Source of the DNA: Bacillota bacterium | GTDB lineage: Bacteria; Bacillota; Sulfobacillia; JAJZYS01; JAJYTV01 | Assembly: GCA_021810725.1 (NCBI GenBank) | Contig: JAJZIE010000001.1 | Location: 1-48,880, forward strand | Reading direction: 5' to 3' | Length of the DNA stretch: 48,880 nucleotides | In this document: positions 17,017 through 23,734 of the stretch, piece by piece | How positions within the stretch are numbered: the stretch's first letter is position 1 | How the letters are laid out: each line of letters opens with the position of its first letter | Notes under the pieces: generated by a model | What the model saw: only the letters and a program-made list of their open reading frames with translations | Told to the model about the DNA's origin: nothing | Database searches by the model: none | Translations under genes and position numbers: made by a program

Positions 17017-17948
17017 GGCCACACCTGCCCGCCACGGCCCTCGTCGTATTGCAGCAGCATAGTCGGCCGGCGCTGTCCGCCGCTCCCGCGCTCGAGGTGC
17101 ACCACGCCGCCGAGGAGATGGCGCAGTCTGACGCGCAGCAGGCGAGGCGGCATGCTGCGGGCCGGAGCGGCCGCGTACACGAGACGTTCCGTCACGTCCC
17201 AGGCCGAGGTGGCGTGCAAGGTCGTCAGGCTGCCGCGATGGCCGGTGTCGAGGGCGGAGAGCCACGCCACCGTCTCGCGCCCGCGGATCTCCCCGACGAT
17301 GATGCGGTCTGGACGCATGTGCAGGGCGAGCCGCAGGAGGTCCTCGAGGTCGATGGCGTAGAGCCCGGCGCGGTTGGGAGAGCGCGTTTCCAGGGCGACG
17401 ACGTGCGGGTGGACACGGCCAAGTTCAAGCTCGCGCGTCTCCTCGATGGTCAGGAGCCGTTCGGATGGGTCGATGACCTCCGCGAGCAGGCGGACGAGCG
17501 ACGTCTTGCCGGTGCCGGCCGCGCCCGCGATCACGACGTTGCGGCGGTTTTTCACCCAGGAGCGCAGGATGCGCATCGGCCGCTCGTCCCCGTCGAGTGC
17601 CTCGAGCCATGCCCGCTCGAGGTCCACCTTGGCCACCTTGCGGATCGTCAGGGTCGGGGCGGGCGTCAGGGGCGGCATGGTGGCGGTGAAGCGCACGCCG
17701 TCGCCAAGTCGTCCGTCCGCGTAGGGCGAGGCCTGCGTGAGTTCGCGCCCCAGCGGCAGCAGCAGCCGCTCGATCAGCTCCTGCAGGGCGCGGCGGTCCG
17801 GGAAGGTCGCCGGTTCGGGGCCGACCTTGCCGCGCCGCTCGACGAACACGCGGTCGAAGTCGAGCACCATGATCTCGCTCACCTCCGCATCCCTGAACGC
17901 GGCCTCGAGCGGGCCGAGCCAGTAGCCGAGGTGCGTCTCAAAGGGCAT
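17013..17948 (-). CDS. tadA: Secretion ATPase of the TadA/CpaF/VirB11 (T2SSE) family, short form (311 aa)
   Basis: Walker A GAAGTGKTS; Asp box LLTIEETRELEL; Walker B RMRPDRIIVGEIRGRE; His box TGHRGSLTTLHA. ATG at 17948 lies 10 nt after GGGGAG. Confidence 0.85.
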   Translation of the reverse strand: MPFETHLGYWLGPLEAAFRDAEVSEIMVLDFDRVFVERRGKVGPEPATFPDRRALQELIERLLLPLGRELTQASPYADGRLGDGVRFTATMPPLTPAPTLTIRKVAKVDLERAWLEALDGDERPMRILRSWVKNRRNVVIAGAAGTGKTSLVRLLAEVIDPSERLLTIEETRELELGRVHPHVVALETRSPNRAGLYAIDLEDLLRLALHMRPDRIIVGEIRGRETVAWLSALDTGHRGSLTTLHATSAWDVTERLVYAAAPARSMPPRLLRVRLRHLLGGVVHLERGSGGQRRPTMLLQYDEGRGGQVWP

Positions 17949-18813
17949 GGTCCGCCGTCTCCCCGCGCCGGCGCCAGATCTCCGCTCCATGGCGCGCGAG
18001 GGTCTGTCTGCGCAGGGGAAGGCGTCCCGCCGGCACCTCGGTCAGGGCGGCGAGCGGCGCGAGACCCGCGAGCCAGCGCCGGTACTCGTCTTCCACCGCG
18101 GCTGCGGCGAGCAGGATGTCGCTCGCGTGCGCCAAGGACGCGATCAGGCCGCGGTCGCCGAGATTCGCGCTCGCGCGCACGACCACATGCCGCTCGCCGC
18201 GGTCGCGCTCGAGCCGGTCGAGCAGCGGCTCCATGCCGGAGCGCAGCAGGAGCTGCGGCTGGATCGGAGCCGGCACGACCCTCAGCCTCCGCGGGTAGCC
18301 CGGTAGCTCCTGGGACTGCCCCGACGACATGTACGCGGCTAGGCATGGCTTGAGCTTCAAGCGGCGCGCGTACTGGGGTTCGGCCGTATCCGTCTCGACG
18401 AGCAAGGTGCTGCGGCTGCGGGCCAGGTGGCAGGCGACGGCGAGGGCCACCACCGCCCCCTGGCCGGCATCCCCCGGCGCCACGACCACGGCCAGCGCCG
18501 GCTGCTCGCCGGACGGCTCGCCGCGCAGCTCCGCGGCGAGGTCGTCGAGTGCCAGATCGCCGCGGGCGGTGAAGCGTCCGCGCAGCCACGCGATCTCGGC
18601 GTCGGGGTGTACCACCTCGATGCGGCGCAGGGCCCGCTGCTCCTCGCCCGAGCGCACAAGACCGGGATCGATGACGACGCGGGCGTACTCCTCGTGCAGC
18701 ATGCGGTCTTCCGTCTCGGCCAGGGACAGGGTCAGGGGTTGGCCGTAGACGGCCGCACCGCGCTCGTGCAGCTGCAGCACCGTCTCAGGATGCAGGGCGT
18801 AGAGCGAGCGCAA
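17938..18813 (-). CDS. tadZ: TadZ/CpaE-like assembly protein with a degenerate MinD/ParA-type P-loop
   Basis: Position between cpaB and tadA. LAVVVAPGDAGQGAVVALAVACHLARSRSTLLVETD aligns to the CpaE xxGAKGGVGxTTxAxNLA...LVDLD block but lacks K and G-K-T. TTG start lies 6 nt after GTAGGAGGGA. Confidence 0.5.
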   Translation of the reverse strand: MRSLYALHPETVLQLHERGAAVYGQPLTLSLAETEDRMLHEEYARVVIDPGLVRSGEEQRALRRIEVVHPDAEIAWLRGRFTARGDLALDDLAAELRGEPSGEQPALAVVVAPGDAGQGAVVALAVACHLARSRSTLLVETDTAEPQYARRLKLKPCLAAYMSSGQSQELPGYPRRLRVVPAPIQPQLLLRSGMEPLLDRLERDRGERHVVVRASANLGDRGLIASLAHASDILLAAAAVEDEYRRWLAGLAPLAALTEVPAGRLPLRRQTLARHGAEIWRRRGETADHAL

Positions 18814-18824
18814 GGCAATCCCTC

Positions 18825-19394
18825 CTACTCTTGCGGCGTGGCGGTGATGATCAGGTGGCCCGCGGCGACGCCCGCGAGGAGCGCCGGGAGAAGCGCCTTG
18901 GATACCTCGAGAGCGACAGAGGCACCGGTGCCGCCGGGCGCCACCTGCGCCAGCGGCACCAGAGACTCCGGCGCCTGCCCGGCCTGGGCGATGTAGACGG
19001 ACACCAGCTGTCCCGCCGAGAGTGGCGGTGCGCTTAGGAGGGCGCCTGCCGGGATGCCGACCACCTGGCCGCCGGCGCTGGACCTCGCGGGTCCCACCCT
19101 GACCGCGCTGCGCAGGAGAGGTAGGCCCGCGGCCAGCGGGACCGCGAGCCGTCCTTCGGGCCGACGGAGGAGGGGTCCCGGCAGTTTGCCCGTCCAGTGC
19201 GCCTGCCGCACGTCGGCGGCAGTCAGGGAGGTGCCTGCGGGGAGATTCCGCGCGGCTACGAGGATGGTTTCGCCAGAGCCGAGAGTTGCCGCCTCGAAGG
19301 CCAGAAAGGCGAACAGGGCGCTCAGCACCGGCAGCCAGAGGGGGTCGCGCAGGCGCTCAGCGAGGGCGCGCAAACTGGGGACGCGTGTCGACAA
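18825..19394 (-). CDS. cpaB: CpaB/RcpC-like Flp-pilus assembly protein (TM anchor plus SAF domain)
   Basis: TM segment LWLPVLSALFAFLAF, then ILVAARNLPAGTSLTAADV (SAF-like). TTG at 19394 lies 9 nt after GGAGAGGAGG. Confidence 0.6.
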   Translation of the reverse strand: MSTRVPSLRALAERLRDPLWLPVLSALFAFLAFEAATLGSGETILVAARNLPAGTSLTAADVRQAHWTGKLPGPLLRRPEGRLAVPLAAGLPLLRSAVRVGPARSSAGGQVVGIPAGALLSAPPLSAGQLVSVYIAQAGQAPESLVPLAQVAPGGTGASVALEVSKALLPALLAGVAAGHLIITATPQE

Positions 19395-21063
19395 GGCGCA
19401 GTTCCTCCTCTCCAAGCTGTACCGCAAAGGGCAGCGTGCCGAACTCATCCAGCAGCAGGGCCTCGCCGGGGCGGCAAGACCTGAGAAAGTCCAGGGCGCG
19501 ATCGGAGAGGCGGAGAACTTCCTTGAGGCGAGGCAGATCGCTCGGCTGCTGGTGGAAGAGCGTCAGGCGGCCGGCGTTGGCGAGCACGAGCCTGCCTCCT
19601 GTCGACTCCACGAAGTCGCCAACGTTCTGGGTGACGATCGTGACGATGAGGCCGCGCTTGCGCGCCCGCTTGGCGAGGTCGACGAGCGCGTCCTCCGCGC
19701 CGCCGGCTCCCAGCCAGAGATGAGCCTCGTCGAGGGTGAGCCAGAAGGGCTGACGCAAGGCCAGGGCCTCTGCCGAGGAGATGGCGTAACGGGCGGCCTC
19801 ACCCAGCAGGGACGGCCAGGCCGCCTGCGGCAGGCTGCGCAGCGACAGGGCCAGACGGGTCGGGCCCTGGGCGTCTGCGGGCAAAGCCGCGCCCGACTCG
19901 CCGCCCAGATGCCGCACGACGGGCAGGTACTCGCCCTCCGGATCGACCACGAGCAGGTAGTCCGGCCGCTGTCGAAGGAGTTCCGCCTTAACGAAGGCCG
20001 ACTTGCCATGCCCGGGGCTTCCCAGTACCACCGCCATCGGGTTGGCGGCGTGGAGGCGGTCCCGCCGCACGGAGGTGCGGTCCCTGAGGTGCACGCCGAG
20101 CTGGTCGCCTTCGGCGGCGGGCGCCGCGGCGGGCGTCAAGTCCAGGCAGGAGAGGGCGGTGGCCGTGAGCAGGCGGGCCGGTGGCTCGCGCCTGCTCGGC
20201 AACGGCAGGAGCCAGTCCTGCTGGGCCGCCTGCAGGCCCAACTGCACTTGCAGGAGGAAGCCCATCTCGGCGAACGTGGTGCGCATGAGGGCCGCTTGCG
20301 CCTCACATCCGCCGCGGTCCGATCCCTCGGCCGCGATCAGCCACGCCGTGGCAAAGAGGCGCTCCCGTCCCTCCACGATCACCTCGCGCAGCTTGAAGGC
20401 ATCCTCTTGCGCCTTCTCCGTCTCGACGTCCGGCAGGCGGCCACGCTGGCGGCGCAGGAAGGAACTCGCGTGCAGGTGCTGCAGCCGCCGCTCCAGGCGG
20501 AGCCGTGCTTCCGCCGCGGAAAGCGGGCTGAGCCGCAGGGCCACGATCGCGGTCTGCGAGAGGGACCACAGCCGCTCGAGGCTGAGCTCGTCCAACTGCT
20601 CCGGATAGGACTCCACCGCCATGAGCTGGCGGAAGCCGGTGCCCGCCTCCAGAAGGCGCATATGGGCGCGGGGCCCTGTGCGGCCCGACGTGGGGAAGGC
20701 CGCGCGCGGTCGGGCGGTCACCCGTCCGGTGCCTGCGAACCAGTGGGGCAAGGCGGGATTGGCGATGGCCCAGCGAAGCTCGGCCGGTGGTTCCTCTCCG
20801 AGCGGCCGAGCCGCAATGCCCAGGTCTTGCAGGGCCTGTTGGTTGCCCGCGCCCTCCTGGAGCCAGAGGTAGAGGTGGCGGAGCGCGGCCTGTAGCGAGA
20901 GCGTGAAGAACAGGGGACCCTGCACGGAGAGCAGGAAGTTGCGCAGCGCGACCTGATGGGCGTCGCGTTCCTCGGCACCCAGCCAGGCGTATTCCCTGCG
21001 ACCGAGCTCATAGATGGTGCCGGCGGGCAGGTGTGCGTCGAGGGAGTGCGGCGACCATCGCAT
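19357..21063 (-). CDS. virB4: VirB4/TraE/PrgJ-family conjugation-type ATPase, compact (568 aa)
   Basis: Walker A VVLGSPGHGKSAFVK followed by LLVVDPEGEYLPVVRHLGG; Walker B FWLTLDEAHLWL; LIVTIVTQNVGDF. The N-terminal LGAEERDAHQVALRNFLLSVQGPL block is typical of Gram-positive VirB4. Confidence 0.8.
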   Translation of the reverse strand: MRWSPHSLDAHLPAGTIYELGRREYAWLGAEERDAHQVALRNFLLSVQGPLFFTLSLQAALRHLYLWLQEGAGNQQALQDLGIAARPLGEEPPAELRWAIANPALPHWFAGTGRVTARPRAAFPTSGRTGPRAHMRLLEAGTGFRQLMAVESYPEQLDELSLERLWSLSQTAIVALRLSPLSAAEARLRLERRLQHLHASSFLRRQRGRLPDVETEKAQEDAFKLREVIVEGRERLFATAWLIAAEGSDRGGCEAQAALMRTTFAEMGFLLQVQLGLQAAQQDWLLPLPSRREPPARLLTATALSCLDLTPAAAPAAEGDQLGVHLRDRTSVRRDRLHAANPMAVVLGSPGHGKSAFVKAELLRQRPDYLLVVDPEGEYLPVVRHLGGESGAALPADAQGPTRLALSLRSLPQAAWPSLLGEAARYAISSAEALALRQPFWLTLDEAHLWLGAGGAEDALVDLAKRARKRGLIVTIVTQNVGDFVESTGGRLVLANAGRLTLFHQQPSDLPRLKEVLRLSDRALDFLRSCRPGEALLLDEFGTLPFAVQLGEEELRLVDTRPQFARPR

Positions 21064-21101
21064 CAGAGCGGAACACGACCCGCGATCGGGTCAATCGACA
21101 T
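21063..21101 (-). CDS. 12-codon upstream ORF (MSIDPIAGRVPL) whose stop overlaps the virB4 start (TGATG)
   Basis: ATG lies 11 nt after AAGGAGG. The virB4 ATG has no SD of its own, which suggests translational coupling. Confidence 0.3.
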   Translation of the reverse strand: MSIDPIAGRVPL

Positions 21102-21518
21102 CAGACCACGACCCTCCTTGTGGGATAGGTCGTTATTCCAGCAAATGTAAATGACACCTGCAAAATACTGTTCGGACTGTCCATTTCTGGCGCAGTCCGT
21201 AGGCTCAGCCTCGGTGCGGTATCCACCAGTGCGCGACGCCAGGCTCCACCGGGCCCAGACTTGGCTCGGCCACCGCGCCGCCAGCGGGAAGTCCCCTTGA
21301 GCACTGCGGCGGACGCCTGCCGGCGATGGGGCGACACCCTGGGGCTTCGAGCGTGGCAGTACGGTCGGGCACCGCCGCGTCCTGAGCGCGGCCAAGGGTC
21401 GGGTAGCTGGACGCTATGCCTGTGAAGGGTAACATAGCCGCCTGCGCCCCCTTCGAGGTTTGCCACAAGTTATGTAACGTCCGTCGTCCGTGCCACCGCC
21501 CGGGGTCCGCGACAAGGC

Positions 21519-21545
21519 GGCGGCGCCGCAGGACGCGGCGCCGCC
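21519..21545 (-). terminator. Perfect 11-bp GC hairpin (ggcggcgccgc-N5-gcggcgccgcc) 32 nt downstream of the dapB-like stop
   Basis: Read directly; no U-tract. Confidence 0.4.
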
Positions 21546-21576
21546 GAGGTATCGAGGCCGGAAGGAGCCGAGCGTT

Positions 21577-22377
21577 TCAGGCGAAGAGCAGGCGGTCCAG
21601 ACCGCGCACCAGTCCCTGCACCCTCAGGACTTCTCTCGTCGCGAGCAGCGTGCCCGCGACGTAGGGGTCCGCCCCGGACCCCGCGTCGTGGCGGATGGTC
21701 AGCCGCTCGTTGGGTAGGCCGAAGATCGTCTCGAACGCGATGACGTAGCTCGGCAGGCGCAACGAGTGCACCTGCGTGCCTTCGATCTCGGCGCCTCGCG
21801 TGTCCGGGCGACCGTGCAGGGCGGAGGGCGCCACCTCCTGGCGAGGCCGCGCCACTTGTCCCAATTCCTCGGCGAGTTCCTGCACCGTGCCGCTGGGCGC
21901 GTCCATCTTGCCCGCGCTGGCGTAATCGATGATCTCCCACGACGGAATGTACTTGGCCGTCTCAAGCGCGAAATGCTTGGCGAGAGCCGCCGTGATCGAG
22001 AAGTTGCCCGCCGCGATGACGCCTAGGCCCTTGGCCGTCGCCAAGGCGGCGATCTCCTCGTAATCCTGCGCCGTGAGGCCGGATGAACCGATCACGACAC
22101 GCACCCCGCGCTCGAGCGCGAGGATGGTGTGGCGTTTCACCGCCTCGGGCGAAGTGTAGTCGATGAGCACGTCGGTCGGTTCGGTGAGCGCGGACGCAAG
22201 GTCGGGGGCGATCTGGACGCCCGCCGGGGAAAGCCCGAGTGCCGTACCGACGTCGGAGCCAGCCAGCCGTCGCGCTACGGCGCCCGTGAGCTGGAAGCCT
22301 TCCGAAGAAATGATCTGCCGCGCGACGGCGCCGCCCGTCCAACCGGTCGCTCCCGCCACGCACACACGAATGGTCAT
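21577..22377 (-). CDS. dapB: 4-hydroxy-tetrahydrodipicolinate reductase (DapB)-family protein with a non-canonical active-site motif
   Basis: VAGATGWTGG Rossmann motif; DVLIDYTSPEA; GNFSI; KMDAPSGT. The canonical E-x-H-H-x-x-K reads IIDYASAGK. ATG at 22377 lies 9 nt after AGGAG. Confidence 0.75.
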   Translation of the reverse strand: MTIRVCVAGATGWTGGAVARQIISSEGFQLTGAVARRLAGSDVGTALGLSPAGVQIAPDLASALTEPTDVLIDYTSPEAVKRHTILALERGVRVVIGSSGLTAQDYEEIAALATAKGLGVIAAGNFSITAALAKHFALETAKYIPSWEIIDYASAGKMDAPSGTVQELAEELGQVARPRQEVAPSALHGRPDTRGAEIEGTQVHSLRLPSYVIAFETIFGLPNERLTIRHDAGSGADPYVAGTLLATREVLRVQGLVRGLDRLLFA

Positions 22378-22447
22378 CGTCACCCGCTCCTGGAGAGTGT
22401 GCCGCCACCTTCTGCCGTTGGCGGAACGTTCGCCTGTCGCCCTCCGG

Positions 22448-22813
22448 TTACCTGCTGTCCCGCGGTCTACCCACTAGACAATGCGCGATGGTTTCGAACT
22501 GATGCCTCGGCCCGTCCTGCGCCGGATCCTGCCAAAGGGTGACGTCGTGATGCTCCGCGGCGGGCGAGCGGCGCAGGGTGTGTCGCCAGAGGCGCGGCGC
22601 GAGGCGCCGGATCGGTTGGCCGTCGACCTCGAGCAGCGCGTAGCCCGCGCAGGGACCCGCCAGCAGGACGGCGACCAGGAGCGGCAGCCGCCCGGCGAGC
22701 GCCGCGAGAGCCAGCAGCCCGACCGCGAAGAACGAGATCGCCTGGCTCGTCTCGAGGTCACCCCAGATGCGCGGCTGCACCTGCAGCAGGTCGACCGGTA
22801 CGTGGCACTTCAC
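22448..22813 (-). CDS. PrgI/VirB3-like small T4SS membrane protein (121 aa)
   Basis: VPVDLLQVQPRIWGDLETSQAISFFAVGLLALAALAG... matches the PrgI-family pattern (short N-terminus, conserved L-x-x-x-Q, then two TM segments). GTG start overlaps the upstream stop (GTGA). Confidence 0.6.
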   Translation of the reverse strand: MKCHVPVDLLQVQPRIWGDLETSQAISFFAVGLLALAALAGRLPLLVAVLLAGPCAGYALLEVDGQPIRRLAPRLWRHTLRRSPAAEHHDVTLWQDPAQDGPRHQFETIAHCLVGRPRDSR

Positions 22814-23514
22814 AGCAGGAGGCGCCGCCAGGCGCCGAGCAGAGTGAACGGCAGGCGCAGCATGAAGAAGAGCAGCACGAGACTCAGCAGCATGTCCGAT
22901 GCGGGCACCGCGATCGAGAGTTCTCCCGCGAGACCGCGCACGCCCACCAGGATGAAGGCCTCGGCGGCTGGCAGGACCGACCACGCCGCCGTCTGCCAGA
23001 TCCAGAGCATGGGGATGCGCCCAAGGCGTGCGTGCACACCCAGCAGGAAGGCGAGCGGCGCGACGGAGGAGAGCAGCGCGAGCGCTGCGAGACGCGCCAG
23101 GAGCAGGCCCGCCAGGAAGACAAGCATGAGGAGGTATGGCACGCCGAAGACGAGCAGGTCTATGAGACTGGACCCGAACCCCATCGCAGGAACCGCCACC
23201 GCCCCCGCCACCTGGCCGACCGTGGCCACGAGGGCGTCGTTCAGCTGCCAGAGCCAGGAGACGATGGTGTGGCTCACGAGCACGCCGCCCACGGCGAGCA
23301 TGAGGCGCGCCACCGCCTGCAGGGACCGGCCGTAGCCGGCCTCCAGCATGAACAGCGGTACCGCGAGCGCGCCACCAGCCAGCAGCGCGATGTGGGAGAG
23401 CTCCGACACCACGGCGCCGGACGGCGGGAAGCCATGCGCCCAGAGCAGGGCGCCCACCCAGCCGTACGCGCGCTGCAGCGCCGGGCTCAGAGCGGCGCGG
23501 AAAGTCCAGCCCAT
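22810..23514 (-). CDS. Polytopic (about 6 TM) membrane protein, VirB6/TrbL-like, miniature (234 aa)
   Basis: Hydrophobic profile. The LALLSSVAPLAFLLGVHARLGRIPMLWIWQTAAW block resembles the TrbL/VirB6 core. ATG at 23514; the upstream part of the 323-aa track ORF is an Arg-rich artefact. Confidence 0.5.
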   Translation of the reverse strand: MGWTFRAALSPALQRAYGWVGALLWAHGFPPSGAVVSELSHIALLAGGALAVPLFMLEAGYGRSLQAVARLMLAVGGVLVSHTIVSWLWQLNDALVATVGQVAGAVAVPAMGFGSSLIDLLVFGVPYLLMLVFLAGLLLARLAALALLSSVAPLAFLLGVHARLGRIPMLWIWQTAAWSVLPAAEAFILVGVRGLAGELSIAVPASDMLLSLVLLFFMLRLPFTLLGAWRRLLL

Positions 23515-23729
23515 TGGAAGATCACCCGTACGATGTCCTTGGCGAAGATCACGAGCACCAGCCCGGCCATCACCGAGTACAGGTGGCCCCAGGCGCGCGT
23601 GCGGTGCTGCGGATTGTCGCCGCTCGTCCAGAGCAGGTACGCGCCGTAGAGCAGGGCGAGCACCGCGAAGCCCGCGAACCAGCTTTGCAGCGTCGTGATG
23701 GCGTTGAGGACGAACTGCAGGATGGGCAT
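23487..23729 (-). CDS. 80-aa two-TM protein, Maff2/VirB2(TrbC)-like candidate pilin or channel subunit
   Basis: MPILQFVLNAITTLQSWFAGFAVLALLYGAYLLWTSGDNPQHRTRAWGHLYSVMAGLVLVIFAKDIV. The TM-loop(GDNP...)-TM layout recalls the Maff2 family of Firmicute conjugative elements. Confidence 0.5.
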   Translation of the reverse strand: MPILQFVLNAITTLQSWFAGFAVLALLYGAYLLWTSGDNPQHRTRAWGHLYSVMAGLVLVIFAKDIVRVIFQWAGLSAPL

Positions 23730-23734
23730 CGAAC

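Noticed and set aside
21230-21290. RNase P-like string (minus strand CCAAGTCTGGGCCCGG resembling GAAAGTCCGGGC)
   Set aside because: The other universal RNase P blocks (AGGGTGAAA..., ACAGAAxCCGGCTTA) are not present nearby. Judged a coincidental GC-rich similarity.
21400-21470. Possible c-di-GMP-I (GEMM) riboswitch on the minus strand (GGCAAACC...GGGGCGCAGGCGGC)
   Set aside because: Only the GGCAAACC segment matches. The conserved ACGCAAAGC core and the GNRA tetraloop/receptor features are absent. Kept only as a note within the spacer finding, pending an Infernal scan.
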